DNA of 64,000 nt from a virus (IMGVR_UViG_2974574300_000001:20420-84419); one strand, 5' to 3'; shown: positions 25,042-35,716, numbered from the stretch's first letter. Notes: a model not told the origin generated them from the sequence alone. Numbers and translations are program-made.

Positions 25042-25905
25042 ATGTCTAAAGTTGTTAAAATGAAAGCTCCGGTAGAGAAGTACAACGGTACTGAACGTCA
25101 AACTCTGCGTTACCTGCTGAAAGATGTCTGGTTTTATTACCTGAACACTTCACCACGTCCGGGAAAAGGTAAGTCTATTGATAAGAAATTCCCAGGAAAA
25201 GACTGTAACTACAGCGTATCAATTCTGGCAGAAGACGGTAACAAACTGTTTAAAGAGTTTACTAAGTCTAAGAAAAATCCAGAAGGCTGGGATAAAGTTA
25301 CTACTGAAGCAGTTGATGCAGATGACTTCGAAGAGAAGTTTGGTTGTAAACCACCTTTTGAAGCAGACACTTACTACATCTTGAAAGTAAGTCGTGCAGC
25401 AGCTTATAAAGATGGTGCTGTATGGACAGCTAAACAGTCATTCCCTGTTATGCTTATTGAAGAAGTAAATGGTAAGCGTGTAGCTGTTAAACAGCCGATG
25501 AAGAAAATCAAAGCTCAAGCATCTGATAAACATGAAGATGACAAGAACTATGATGTAATTCATCCAGATATTGCAGTTGGTAACGGTTCTTTTGGTAGTG
25601 TGATTCTTTCTACTCACTTCTACACTTTTGAGAACAATGTTCTGACAAAACCTATTCAGGAACAGTTTATCATTGATACTCTTGTACCTTACACTGGTGG
25701 TAACGGTGCTAATGGTGAACCTGAACTTGATGAAGATGAACTGGCTATGCTTGGTCTTGATGGTGTTGAAGATAACGGTGAAATCACTGAAGAAGACGCA
25801 ACAGACCATAAACCTTCGAATGCTTCTGATGATGGCGATGGCGATGACGAAGACTTGCCAGACCCAGATGACGAAGAAGATGAAGACTTCGATACAGAAG
25901 ACTAA
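25042..25905 (+). CDS. putative single-stranded DNA-binding protein with acidic C-terminal tail
   Basis: 287 aa; C-terminal ~50 residues strongly acidic (DDGDGDDEDLPDPDDEEDEDFDTED); sits between primase-helicase and flap endonuclease. Confidence 0.45.
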   Translation: MSKVVKMKAPVEKYNGTERQTLRYLLKDVWFYYLNTSPRPGKGKSIDKKFPGKDCNYSVSILAEDGNKLFKEFTKSKKNPEGWDKVTTEAVDADDFEEKFGCKPPFEADTYYILKVSRAAAYKDGAVWTAKQSFPVMLIEEVNGKRVAVKQPMKKIKAQASDKHEDDKNYDVIHPDIAVGNGSFGSVILSTHFYTFENNVLTKPIQEQFIIDTLVPYTGGNGANGEPELDEDELAMLGLDGVEDNGEITEEDATDHKPSNASDDGDGDDEDLPDPDDEEDEDFDTED

Positions 25906-25924
25906 TCTCTAAAAGTTACTTTAA

Positions 25925-25952
25925 AGCCCTGTACTTAGTATGGGGCTTTTTC
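25925..25952 (+). terminator. stem-loop terminator
   Basis: agccc ... gggct followed by ttttt. Confidence 0.3.
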
Positions 25953-25967
25953 ATATGGAGAGCCATA

Positions 25968-27014
25968 ATGGAGAAGTACACATTAACAAAACTTCCCGAT
26001 TCAGTTACACATGTTTTTATTGACTCTGACAGCATTGCCTATAAAGGTGCTTGTGTAGTTGAGAAAGCAAAATATAAATACGTCAATAAACTCACAGCAG
26101 AAGAATCTGAACCATTTGACAATGCGAAAGATGCTGCAAGATGGTTAGCAGACCAGAGAATCCTTGTGGAAGAACTTGGCCTGACATTTGATGAAGATGA
26201 ATGGGAAAGACAGACTTGGAAAGAAGCTAAGAGTGAGAAAGAAGCTATCATGGCGACTCAACAGGTGCTTCAGGAATGGCTTAAGGTTGTTGGGAAAGAG
26301 AGAACTTGGGTAGGTTATTTAACAGAGAAAGGTGTGCATAAACATAAAGACATTAAAGGTCTTGAGCACCAATATCAAGGTAACCGCAAAGATGCTGTCA
26401 CACCAACACACTTAGTTGCTTGTCGTGAGTATCTTCTGTCAAGACCAGAGTTCAAATTGATTCTTGATGGATTTGAAGCTGACTCTATCGTTATTGCTAA
26501 AGCTGAAAAAATGGGAAAAAAGGCTGCCTTAATGAGTATTGATAAAGACCTTCGCCAAGCTGAAGGGACTTACTGCATTGATATGACCTATGAAAAGTCA
26601 CCTTTGATTTTCATTGCTGACAACAACGTAGGTGAAATTTGGGATTGCCCAATAAAATCTACACCAAAAGCTAAGAAGACAGTCGGGGTAGGTTTTAAAT
26701 TTCTTTGCTATCAAGCCGTGGCTGGTGATAATGCGGATAATTATTTTGGCTTAAAGGGTGTTGGCAAGGTTACTATAATGAAAGCCCTTGAAGGTAAAAC
26801 CACCTACAAAGAGTGTCTTGATGCAATTTATGAGCTTTATGCTAAGAAAGAGTCATATACTTATGTCTCGTGGGATGGTCAAACAATTACCAGAACACCT
26901 TTAGAGTTAATGCAACAACACTTTTTCTTAGCTTATCAGGAAAGAAATAAGAAAGACGATTTCACTTTTGATAAGTATGGATGGACACCAAATGTTAACC
27001 CAACAAACTCTTAA
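25968..27014 (+). CDS. flap endonuclease / 5'-3' exonuclease (FEN family)
   Basis: 348 aa with GDNADNYFGLKGVGKVTIMKAL (H3TH-type motif) and acidic active-site residues. Confidence 0.65.
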   Translation: MEKYTLTKLPDSVTHVFIDSDSIAYKGACVVEKAKYKYVNKLTAEESEPFDNAKDAARWLADQRILVEELGLTFDEDEWERQTWKEAKSEKEAIMATQQVLQEWLKVVGKERTWVGYLTEKGVHKHKDIKGLEHQYQGNRKDAVTPTHLVACREYLLSRPEFKLILDGFEADSIVIAKAEKMGKKAALMSIDKDLRQAEGTYCIDMTYEKSPLIFIADNNVGEIWDCPIKSTPKAKKTVGVGFKFLCYQAVAGDNADNYFGLKGVGKVTIMKALEGKTTYKECLDAIYELYAKKESYTYVSWDGQTITRTPLELMQQHFFLAYQERNKKDDFTFDKYGWTPNVNPTNS

Positions 27015-27491
27015 AGAATACCTACACTATGACCCGAAACAGGGGTCTTTACTTGGTTAGTTGATAGAAAAGGTAAGGCCAAAGCTGGCTCAGTAGCAGG
27101 TTTTAAACACCATAGCGGTTATATCTATATAAAACTCTTCGGAAAAAGATATGCAGCACACAGGCTGGCATTCTTGTATATGAAAGGATACCTCCCAAAA
27201 TTTGTTGACCACAAGAATTGTATCAGATACGACAACTGGTTCGACAATTTGAGAGAGTGTAGCAGGTCAGACAACAACTGTAATGCAGTCAAAAGAAGAG
27301 ATAATAAGTCTGGTGTGAAGGGTGTATATTACCACAAGCAAAGAGGTAGATGGGCTGCACAAGTTAAGCATAATAAAGTTTGCTACCATCTAGGTCTATT
27401 TGACTCTGTTGCTGAGGCTGAAGAAGTTGTCAAAAAGAAAAGAGAAGAACTTCATAGAGAGTTTACAAATCACGGAGAAGCTCATGAATGA
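26992..27491 (+). pseudogene. HNH-AP2 homing endonuclease interrupted by a frameshift near 27033-27040
   Basis: ATG at 26992 gives MLTQQTLKEYLHYDPKQGSLLG then stop; next frame continues PETGVFTWLVDRKGKAKAGSVAGFKHHSGYIYIKLFGKRYAAHRLAF into ORF 27174..27491; YDPETGV(F/L)TW matches the intact paralogs at 16082 and 40416. Confidence 0.55.
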
Positions 27492-27988
27492 TTAAAGTTA
27501 AAGGTTTTGGGAGTTGTCCAACTTATGGACATTGGATTTCACTATGTGGTGAAGTTGACCCAGCAAAGCACTTTGGTTTTGTCTACCTAGTGTACTGCAA
27601 AAAGACTGGACAGTACTATTTGGGTAAAAAACAGCTTAACAGTGTGACCAAAAGAAAAGTTGCTGGTAAGACTCGGAAGAAGATAGTCACTAAGGAAAGT
27701 GATTGGATGACTTATGAGACTTCTTCTGAGTATATCAAAAAAGATATTGAAAGTTTTGGAAAAGAATTTTTTGACTTTTACATTATCCAAACCTACTACA
27801 CAAAAGGTGGTCTAGTTTATGGTGAAGCAAACCTTCAACATAAGTTCGATGTAATGACAAAAAGGATTGACTCGAAGCTCAGACTCTTCTACAATGCCAA
27901 TATTGCAGCAATTAAGTTTATTACCAAAGAAACTTATGAAGATGCTGAAAAAAGAATCCATAAGGTAATGAAAGTAAATTGTGCTTGA
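27488..27988 (+). CDS. putative GIY-YIG-like endonuclease
   Basis: 166 aa; FVYLVYCKKTGQYYLGKK resembles GIY-(x9-10)-YIG, then basic region. Confidence 0.35.
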   Translation: MIKVKGFGSCPTYGHWISLCGEVDPAKHFGFVYLVYCKKTGQYYLGKKQLNSVTKRKVAGKTRKKIVTKESDWMTYETSSEYIKKDIESFGKEFFDFYIIQTYYTKGGLVYGEANLQHKFDVMTKRIDSKLRLFYNANIAAIKFITKETYEDAEKRIHKVMKVNCA

Positions 27989-28009
27989 TAACTATTAAGA
28001 GAGAATAAA

Positions 28010-28258
28010 ATGTTTAACAAAAGTAAAGCTGTAAGTCATGTAGCAAAAGTTGACAGCAAGATTGAAGAACTTGAGCGCATCCTTGCAAATGCTAGAGAGT
28101 CAATAATTAAAGAAGTTGAAGCTGTTGAATCTCAAATGCAGCATCTAATGCTTAAACGTCAAGAGCTACGTGAGCATCTAGAATATATTGAAACACGAGA
28201 GCTAAAGGTTAACAAATATTTTAAGGAGTCCGAATGTTTAACTCAAGAGAATCAGTAA
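28010..28258 (+). CDS. small coiled-coil protein
   Basis: 82 aa, heptad-like pattern. Confidence 0.3.
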   Translation: MFNKSKAVSHVAKVDSKIEELERILANARESIIKEVEAVESQMQHLMLKRQELREHLEYIETRELKVNKYFKESECLTQENQ

Positions 28259-28989
28259 AAAACTGGAACCTTCGTTGTGGAAACACTCAAAAGCAACCTT
28301 ACAGTGATGAGTATTGGGAATCTTTAAAATCTCAATCTCTGTGTATGCTTGAAGAAGCAAAAGAACTTGTAAAAGCAATTGAAGAGGAAGACCCCATTGA
28401 GACACTGGATGCTCAGGCAGATTTACAATATGTTCTTGACGGCTTGATTTACCTGTCACAACATGACCATAACGGTGCTATGAAAGCTGTTTGTCATAAT
28501 AATGACCTGAAGTACACAGATGATTATGAAGAAGCTTTAAAACGTCTTGCAGACATTGAAAAGCGTACTGGTCAAGAGTGTATTATCAGAATGTCAGTAG
28601 TTGATGGTAAAGAGTGGTATGCGATTGTTCGTGCAGCCGATGGGAAGATTATGAAGCAATCAAATCTCCCTAAAGTACAGCTTGGTGAATACATTGTAGA
28701 GCTTGAAAGCCAAGAACTTTTTGTGGTAGTATCTGAGACATGCGTTATCTGCAAAGGTATTGTAGGTAGCTTAAAGGATTTGGGTGTAGATGGTTTTGTA
28801 GAAGTTAATCCAATTACCTCTAAAGCAGATAAAGATTTCTGTAAAGAGAACGGACTATGGATTGCAGATATTGTCTACTATGATGGTGAGCAGTTCCATG
28901 TAACCTCATACCCGAAACTGAATTATGATGCTAATAACCTGAAGTGCTGGTTAAAAGGGGTTGGTTATAATGGATTCACAGAACATTAA
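28234..28989 (+). CDS. hypothetical protein, possible MazG-like pyrophosphohydrolase N-terminal region
   Basis: 251 aa; LEEAKELVKAIEEEDPIETLDAQADLQYVLDGL resembles the MazG E-x-x-E...D helix pair; weak. Confidence 0.3.
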   Translation: MFNSRESVKNWNLRCGNTQKQPYSDEYWESLKSQSLCMLEEAKELVKAIEEEDPIETLDAQADLQYVLDGLIYLSQHDHNGAMKAVCHNNDLKYTDDYEEALKRLADIEKRTGQECIIRMSVVDGKEWYAIVRAADGKIMKQSNLPKVQLGEYIVELESQELFVVVSETCVICKGIVGSLKDLGVDGFVEVNPITSKADKDFCKENGLWIADIVYYDGEQFHVTSYPKLNYDANNLKCWLKGVGYNGFTEH

Positions 28990-29293
28990 TAAAGAGGGTG
29001 TGGCTCAGAAGAGCCACTTCTCAAACTACAATATTTCTATGACGGTGTTTATGAATGACCCGTTACTAGAAAAATATAGTGAGACTCCAGATACACTTCT
29101 GGACAATGAACAAGTTTTAAAAGCAGTCCTGTACAAATACGGGATTGATATTGAGAAAGAGTATTCCTTTGAAATCTGCCAACACAGGAATACTTTCGGT
29201 AAAGTTGTGATGGCTCCACTCTTTATGGGTGTAGAAAGGACTGACTATGGTTGGTTGTATCTAAAAAGAAACTTGGAGAAATACCGTGTCTAA
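28961..29293 (+). CDS. hypothetical protein
   Basis: 110 aa ORF. Confidence 0.35.
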   Translation: MVIMDSQNINKEGVAQKSHFSNYNISMTVFMNDPLLEKYSETPDTLLDNEQVLKAVLYKYGIDIEKEYSFEICQHRNTFGKVVMAPLFMGVERTDYGWLYLKRNLEKYRV

Positions 29294-29624
29294 AGCAAAA
29301 AAGCTATCTTATGATGACATTATCTCAGGTGCTAAATTAGGTGTTGATAGTATCGGACAAGATGTTAAGCACGGGGACACAGTTATGTACTGTGATGACC
29401 GAAGAGGCAGAAGTGCAATCTTGTTTGGAAGAATTGTTTGCAAGATGCGAGGTAATTACGTTGTTGCAGACATGGATGTGAACGTTACACAAAAACTTGA
29501 AACACTTATGGATGATAATACACCATCATGGTTCTCCCTGAATTGTATGCACACTTCTTCAGTCACAAGAGTAAGTGATAAGTTTTACGATATGTGGCAG
29601 AATGAGCAAATTTTCAAGATTTAA
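29286..29624 (+). CDS. hypothetical protein
   Basis: 112 aa ORF. Confidence 0.35.
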   Translation: MSKAKKLSYDDIISGAKLGVDSIGQDVKHGDTVMYCDDRRGRSAILFGRIVCKMRGNYVVADMDVNVTQKLETLMDDNTPSWFSLNCMHTSSVTRVSDKFYDMWQNEQIFKI

Positions 29625-29628
29625 ACTA

Positions 29629-29654
29629 GGGAGCCTCTTCGGAGGCTCTTTTCA
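29629..29654 (+). terminator. rho-independent terminator
   Basis: gagcctc-ttcg-gaggctc followed by ttttc. Confidence 0.6.
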
Positions 29655-29670
29655 TCTGTAGGATTCGAAA

Positions 29671-31905
29671 ATGATTAAGACAATTAAAAAATCAAACGGT
29701 ACAGTAGTAAGCTTTGACCCAGAAAGACTGAATAAGTGGGCATCATGGGCAGATAAGCGTGGAATTATCTGGTCAGAAGTCACTATGGAAGCCATGAAAC
29801 GTGTCTATGAGGGTTGCACTACAAAAGAGATGCACCAAGCCATGATTGATGTTTGTGTTGATAAACAAACTCAAGAGTACTCAGATATGGCTGGACGGCT
29901 GCTTTTGGGTATTATCTACAAAGAAGCCTTTGGAGGCTTTACTAAGGTTCCTACGCTGGTTACCTTCGTTAAAAATATGGAGAGAGCAGGACTTTGGGAG
30001 AAGATGGATTATTCACAGGAAGAGCTTGAATACCTGCAAGGTTACATCGTACACTCAAAAGATATCTCTTACGGTTATGCAGTCTTGAAACAGTTCAGAG
30101 ACAAGTATGGTATCCGTGATATTAAAACGGGAAGACTTTTTGAGTCACCACAATTTATGTTTATGGGTATGGCTATGAAAGCCTTTGAGAAGCAACCAAA
30201 GCACCGTAGACTGCAAGATGTTATCAAGCTGTACACTTACCTATCTGACCTGAAGATTAACGCTCCTACGCCTTATTTAAATGGTTTAAGAGCAACTAAA
30301 TCAGGTTATGCGTCATGCTGTTTGATTAAGGCAAATGATACTGCTGAGTCTCTCGGTATTGCTGCAAAGGTTGCTTATGATATGACCACAAAGCAAGCTG
30401 GTATTGGGATGCTGATGGAGACTCGCACTATTGGTGATGGTATCCGTCAAAATACGATTGAGCACATGGGTAAGCTACCTTATTACAAGCTTGTACGTTC
30501 ATCTGTAGAGGCAAACAAACAGAAGAGTCGTGGTGGTTCAGCTAATAACTTCTACACTGCTCTAGACCCGCAGATTGAAGATTTACTGCGTTTGAAGCAC
30601 CCTACAACGGTTCCTTCTAAACGTATTAATGAGATGGACTACTCATTCGGCACAAACGATTATTTCTGGCAGTGTGTTCAGTATGATACAGATTGGTTGC
30701 TATTCTCTTACAAAGATGCACCAAAACTCTATGACATGTTCTACACAGCATCTGCTGATGAGTTTGCTATGGCAGTTGGTCACGCAGTACATTCAGGAGT
30801 TAAGCACAGACGAGTAAAGGCTCGTGAAATTGCTAAGCTGTTTATTCAACAGCGTTATGCTACAGGTCGTGTGTATCCATTCTTCACAAATAATGCGAAC
30901 ACACATACACCATTTAAAGAACCATTGAAGATGTCAAATCTTTGTATGGAAATTGTGTTGCCAGTGTATGGTTTTGAGAAAGAGACAGACCTTTACAGAG
31001 ACGATGCTGTGAAAGAGGATGGTGAGGTGGCTCTTTGCTTCCTAGCTAGTTTGGTTGCAGGGAGAATTTCAGAAGATGAATACGCTGACGTTGCTTATTA
31101 TGCTCTTGCAATGGTTGACTCCGTTATTGACCTTATGGATTATCCGTATCCGTCGATGCGTAACCATGTTCAGAAGCGTCGTTCTGTTGGGATTGGCCTT
31201 ACAAATGTGGCTCATTACCTTGCGAAGAACTACGTGAACTACTCTTCACGAGCAGGTAAAACAAAACTTCATGAACTGGCAGAGATGCACTCTTACTATC
31301 TGCATGAAGCCTCTCTGAGACTTGCTAAAGAGCGTGGCGTTCCAGAGTACATGAAGTTCACTAAGTATCCTGAAGGCTGGGTTCCTCCAAAGACAGCTAA
31401 CAAGAAGATTGATGAAAAGCATGATGCAAAACTACGATATGATTGGGATGACTTAGCACAACGTATCAAAGAAAATGGTGGAATCCGAAACTCTGTATTA
31501 GAAGCTTACATGCCTAATGAGAGTTCTTCACTAGCAACTAATACGACAAATGGCTTGTACCCAATTCGTGACTTTATTTTAACTAAAAAATCTGCAACTG
31601 GTAACGTACTATTTATTGTTCCAGATTATGAAGAGTTGAAGTATGTCTATGAGATTGCTTGGGATATTGACACCTTTGATATGATTGATTGTTATGCAAT
31701 TGTTCAAAAGTTCACTGGTCAAGCTATCTCTTCAGACTTCTATGTTGACTATGCAAAGTCTAAGAAGGTATCATTGGCTCAAGCTTTGAAGTACATGATT
31801 TATGCCAACTCGGTAGGTATGAAAACCATGTACTACCTTAACAGTCGCATTGGTGTAGGTAAATCTGCACTGCAAGATGCTTATTGCGAGGGTTGCGGTG
31901 TTTAG
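29671..31905 (+). CDS. nrdA: ribonucleotide reductase class I large subunit
   Basis: 744 aa; N-terminal ATP-cone region, class Ia large-subunit length and conserved Cys. Confidence 0.85.
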   Translation: MIKTIKKSNGTVVSFDPERLNKWASWADKRGIIWSEVTMEAMKRVYEGCTTKEMHQAMIDVCVDKQTQEYSDMAGRLLLGIIYKEAFGGFTKVPTLVTFVKNMERAGLWEKMDYSQEELEYLQGYIVHSKDISYGYAVLKQFRDKYGIRDIKTGRLFESPQFMFMGMAMKAFEKQPKHRRLQDVIKLYTYLSDLKINAPTPYLNGLRATKSGYASCCLIKANDTAESLGIAAKVAYDMTTKQAGIGMLMETRTIGDGIRQNTIEHMGKLPYYKLVRSSVEANKQKSRGGSANNFYTALDPQIEDLLRLKHPTTVPSKRINEMDYSFGTNDYFWQCVQYDTDWLLFSYKDAPKLYDMFYTASADEFAMAVGHAVHSGVKHRRVKAREIAKLFIQQRYATGRVYPFFTNNANTHTPFKEPLKMSNLCMEIVLPVYGFEKETDLYRDDAVKEDGEVALCFLASLVAGRISEDEYADVAYYALAMVDSVIDLMDYPYPSMRNHVQKRRSVGIGLTNVAHYLAKNYVNYSSRAGKTKLHELAEMHSYYLHEASLRLAKERGVPEYMKFTKYPEGWVPPKTANKKIDEKHDAKLRYDWDDLAQRIKENGGIRNSVLEAYMPNESSSLATNTTNGLYPIRDFILTKKSATGNVLFIVPDYEELKYVYEIAWDIDTFDMIDCYAIVQKFTGQAISSDFYVDYAKSKKVSLAQALKYMIYANSVGMKTMYYLNSRIGVGKSALQDAYCEGCGV

Positions 31906-31960
31906 TTTTAACAACTATGAGGGTCGTAAAAGACCCTCTAAAAATAACTTTGGAGAGACC

Positions 31961-32218
31961 ATGAAAGATTTAATAGAAAAACATGAGCGACCAATATACT
32001 TGCTCCACAAGCCTCGGAAAACGATGTACTATGTGGGTAGCACAGACATGATGATAAAGCAAAATGATGACTCATGGGTTGCTGGTATCTCTTACATCTC
32101 TACAGCAGATGGTAAAATTTATGCAAGACCTTATGAGATGTTTAACAAAGAAAATTGGGAAGTTTTAGACAGAAAACAAGCCTTAGAAATGATAAAGAAA
32201 GGAGAAATCACACTATGA
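31961..32218 (+). CDS. small hypothetical protein between nrdA and nrdB
   Basis: 85 aa from ATG with ggagag RBS (track ORF 31877..32218 trimmed). Confidence 0.35.
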   Translation: MKDLIEKHERPIYLLHKPRKTMYYVGSTDMMIKQNDDSWVAGISYISTADGKIYARPYEMFNKENWEVLDRKQALEMIKKGEITL

Positions 32219-33288
32219 TTAACCAGCACCCAATCTTTTTAGGTGGTGAGAGAAAAACTTTTGACTCACTTAATAAACACTACCCAAAAATCTTTGAGCT
32301 TTATAAACAACAAAAAGCACAAGATTGGTCAGAAGATGAGTTCCCTTTTGAACAATCACGTCTTGATTTTGAGAGTGTCCCAGCATCAATGTCAGGTGTA
32401 ATGCTTGAGATTCTTAAGTGGCAATGGGAAGCAGACACTCAAGTTGCTAAGAGCTTGGCATTTGCCTTTGCACCCTTTATCTCTGATGACATCTATGCAA
32501 CTGCAATTATGAAGCAGTCTGAGATTGAAAACCTACATGCTCTTACTTACTCAGAGATTGTAAGACAATGTATTAAAAACCCTGAAACAATCTTAGATGA
32601 GATTAACCAGAATGTTGCTGTGCAAGACCGATTAAAAACTGTGAATCGTGTTCTTGAAGAATTACTGGATGAAGGGATAAACTACCGACTGAGTTATGTC
32701 CGTGATTCACTTCTGGACAAAGACCCTTTACACTTCCATAAAGTTATTCTGAAAGGTCTGTTTGCAGTGACTGCACTTGAAGGTATATCTTTTATGGCAT
32801 CCTTTGCATGTACCTTTGCACTTGATGCTCAAGATAAATTTCAGGGTATTGCTCAAGCTGTCCAGAAAATTATGCTTGATGAAATCCTTCACACTAAAAT
32901 TGATATTGAAGTTTTAAAAGAAACTTTAAGAGATGATGAGTGGCAGAAAGCTTTTCAACAAATTCTTCCAGAGATTAAAGTAATCTTAGATGAAGTAGTT
33001 GAAAGTGAAGAAAAATGGTCGTATTATATCTTCTCCGAAGGACGTGCTGTAGTAGGCTTAAATACAAAGCTTCTTCATGAGTGGGTTTACTATAATGCTG
33101 CCCCACTGTATGATATGTTTGGCATTCAAAGAGATTTTGTAGCTCCTAAAGAACCACCTTTGAAGTATATGATTAAGAAGATGGAAATTGATAAAGAGCA
33201 GAATGCTAATCAGGAGCAACAGAACGGTGCGTACCTATTGAATACTGTTGTAGATGATTTGAATAGTGGATTTTTAGAGGTTCCTTAA
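32215..33288 (+). CDS. nrdB: ribonucleotide reductase class I small subunit
   Basis: 357 aa from ATG with aaggag RBS (track ORF 32155..33288 trimmed); ferritin-like R2 character, directly after nrdA. Confidence 0.8.
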   Translation: MINQHPIFLGGERKTFDSLNKHYPKIFELYKQQKAQDWSEDEFPFEQSRLDFESVPASMSGVMLEILKWQWEADTQVAKSLAFAFAPFISDDIYATAIMKQSEIENLHALTYSEIVRQCIKNPETILDEINQNVAVQDRLKTVNRVLEELLDEGINYRLSYVRDSLLDKDPLHFHKVILKGLFAVTALEGISFMASFACTFALDAQDKFQGIAQAVQKIMLDEILHTKIDIEVLKETLRDDEWQKAFQQILPEIKVILDEVVESEEKWSYYIFSEGRAVVGLNTKLLHEWVYYNAAPLYDMFGIQRDFVAPKEPPLKYMIKKMEIDKEQNANQEQQNGAYLLNTVVDDLNSGFLEVP

Positions 33289-33530
33289 TGACTTATGTAA
33301 TTTACTCCAAAACTGGATGCCCTCAGTGCGAGACCGCAAAGAATTTTGCAAAAGCTCGTGGTATTGACCATGTTGTGAGAATGTTAGGGCAGGATTATGA
33401 GCTATCAGAACTAATGGATATTGCACAGATGCCAGTTCGTCAGATGCCATTCATCATGAAAACTGATGGACAAAACCTAAAACCTGTTGGGACGCTACAG
33501 AATTTTATGGCAGAGGTGAATAATGCTTAA
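33288..33530 (+). CDS. glutaredoxin/NrdH-like redoxin
   Basis: 80 aa with CPQC active-site motif near the N-terminus. Confidence 0.65.
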   Translation: MTYVIYSKTGCPQCETAKNFAKARGIDHVVRMLGQDYELSELMDIAQMPVRQMPFIMKTDGQNLKPVGTLQNFMAEVNNA

Positions 33531-33729
33531 ACGCCTTTGGGAAGGTTTGGTTGTTGATGCACCAGCTATTGTGATTGGTATGCTTATTGTTAACCTATTT
33601 ACTGACTTTGAACAAGGTTCATTGTTTGGAGCCATGTTACTATGGGTTATCTTTGAAATATTAGAGATACAGTTAGGTATCACTGAAAACCTAAGAGAAC
33701 TCTTTGCGAAGTTTTCTAAAAAGATTTAA
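33523..33729 (+). CDS. small membrane protein
   Basis: 68 aa, two hydrophobic segments. Confidence 0.3.
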   Translation: MLKRLWEGLVVDAPAIVIGMLIVNLFTDFEQGSLFGAMLLWVIFEILEIQLGITENLRELFAKFSKKI

Positions 33730-33736
33730 AATGAAA

Positions 33737-33758
33737 GGGTCTCTTCGGAGACCTTTTT
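33737..33758 (+). terminator. rho-independent terminator
   Basis: gggtctc-ttcg-gagacc followed by ttttt. Confidence 0.6.
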
Positions 33759-33777
33759 AGCATGTAAAGGGGCAATA

Positions 33778-34974
33778 ATGAACAAAGTACAGATTATTAA
33801 AAAGAATGGCTCACTCGAAGAACCTGATATCAAAAAAGTTTTAGCAGCAGTCACAAAGTCAGCTAACAGAGTTGGTTATAAAGAGCTTCCACCAGATGTT
33901 ACTCAAGCTCTTGAGTCAGCATTTATGAGGATTCTGGTAAAGTCCACTAAGCAGAATAATTTACTCATTTCAGTAAATGATATTCACAGTATTGTTGAGG
34001 GTGCTTTGGCAGAAGTCAATCACGAGATTTATGAGTCTTACTCAACATATAGAAATTACCGTAAAGAAGTTGCTCAGAATTGGGATGAACTCTACCAGAA
34101 GACCAAAGATACACTCTTCTTAGGTGACCGAGAAAACGCTAATTTTGACAGCAGTTTAATTTCTACAAAAGGTTCAATTATTCGTGGTTATCTGACTAAA
34201 GAAATCTTTAAACAGTACCATTTAACACCAGAGGAACTTGAAGCCATTGAAAAAGGGTTTATCTATATCCATGATTTAAGAGACCTAATTTTTGGTGGTA
34301 TCAACTGTTGCCTGTTTGACATTGGTAAAGTCCTGAAAGGTGGCTTTGAAATGTCTGGCATTGAATATTGTGAACCGAAGTCTGTACTGTCAGCCTTACA
34401 GGTTATTGGTGACGTAGTTCTTTCAGCAACTGCACAGCAATTTGGTGGCTTTACTTTAGCAGAGATTGATAAGGTACTTGTGCCGTATGCTAAGAAGTCT
34501 CTACGCTATCATGCTGAGAAAGCAACAGCTTATGGTATTCCTAAAGAACATTACCACAACTATGTCATGGAGCAGCTACAGATTGAATTAACTCAAGGTT
34601 TTCAGTCTCTTGAAATGAAACTAAATACTGTACCTTGTAGCCGTGGTGATTTTGCATTCACAACTTTGACATTCGGGTTGCTTGACTCAGATATGTCTAA
34701 TGAAGATAACCGACTGCAATACATGATTGCGAGCACTCTCCTAGATGTTCGTATGAATGGACAAGGTAAGAGCAAGAAGCCTGTTGTATTCCCTAAATTG
34801 GTTTATATTTATGACCAGAAGAGACACAATGAGAATATCTGTCAAGGCCACCTGTACAGTAAAGCTATTGAGTGTTGCTCTAAAGCTATGTATCCAGATT
34901 TCTTAAGTGTATCTGGACATGGTGCTGTAGCAGAGGCTTTTGAGCGTTCTGGCAAGGTAATTTCCCCGATGGGT
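33778..34974 (+). CDS. nrdD: anaerobic ribonucleotide reductase (class III), 5' exon
   Basis: 399 aa beginning with an ATP-cone-like N-terminus; frame ends ...VISPMG then stop at the proposed intron start. Confidence 0.75.
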
Positions 34975-35716
34975 TAACAGGCTCTATAGCTCATCTAAAA
35001 CGTGCCTAAACAGGGAAACTCTACAGATGTAGACAATCCTGTGCTAAATGATGTACGATGTAAGAAACTATACAACATAGGAGTCTTACATGCCAAACTA
35101 TCACGTCACTGAAGATGGAAAAGTCTTTAGGGAAAATGGTGTAGAGCTTACGCAGTGGAAATCCAACACTGGGTATATGAAAGTGAGGTTTTACGGTAAG
35201 AAGAATCGTGACATGTATGTCCACAGGTTAGTTGCTGAGAAATATGTACCTAACCCAAATAATCTTCCAATTGTAAAACATAAGGACGATAACAAACTAA
35301 ATAACCACGCATCTAACTTAGAATGGGGTACTCATTCTGAGAATGCTAAAGAAGGTTATGAGAACGGATGCTACAAGTTCCACAAGCGTTCATATGCCGT
35401 GAAAGCCACACACAAAGTGACAAAGGAAGTTATTGTTGCTAAGTCAATACGAGAGTTATCCAATATACTTGGACACAATCGCAAGACCATCTCTTCAATA
35501 TTGAAGGGTGTAAAAGAGCATAATAACTTCGAATATGAGTTTGAATACATCTAAATGCCGAACGACTAACCGTGATGAATGTAGCGGTGTAGGGTCAAGC
35601 GACTCGAAATGGTACGCTACTTAGAAATAAGTAGAAGATATAGTCTGGACTTACTGGCGACAGTAAGCAGCTTGAATAAAGCGGGGTAAGCTTAGCGAAC
35701 TTACCTGAACAACAAG
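34975..35716 (+). mobile_element. putative group I intron in nrdD carrying an HNH endonuclease ORF
   Basis: 742 nt insert; upstream exon ends in T, insert ends in G; splicing gives ...VISPMG-CRAFLSPYHNEYGEEFYVGRANIGAVSLNLP and a 714 aa product. Confidence 0.6.
35090..35554 (+). CDS. intron-encoded HNH homing endonuclease
   Basis: 154 aa with VHRLVAEKYV...KHKDDNKLNNHASNLEWGTHSEN (HNH-type His/Asn motif). Confidence 0.6.
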   Translation: MPNYHVTEDGKVFRENGVELTQWKSNTGYMKVRFYGKKNRDMYVHRLVAEKYVPNPNNLPIVKHKDDNKLNNHASNLEWGTHSENAKEGYENGCYKFHKRSYAVKATHKVTKEVIVAKSIRELSNILGHNRKTISSILKGVKEHNNFEYEFEYI

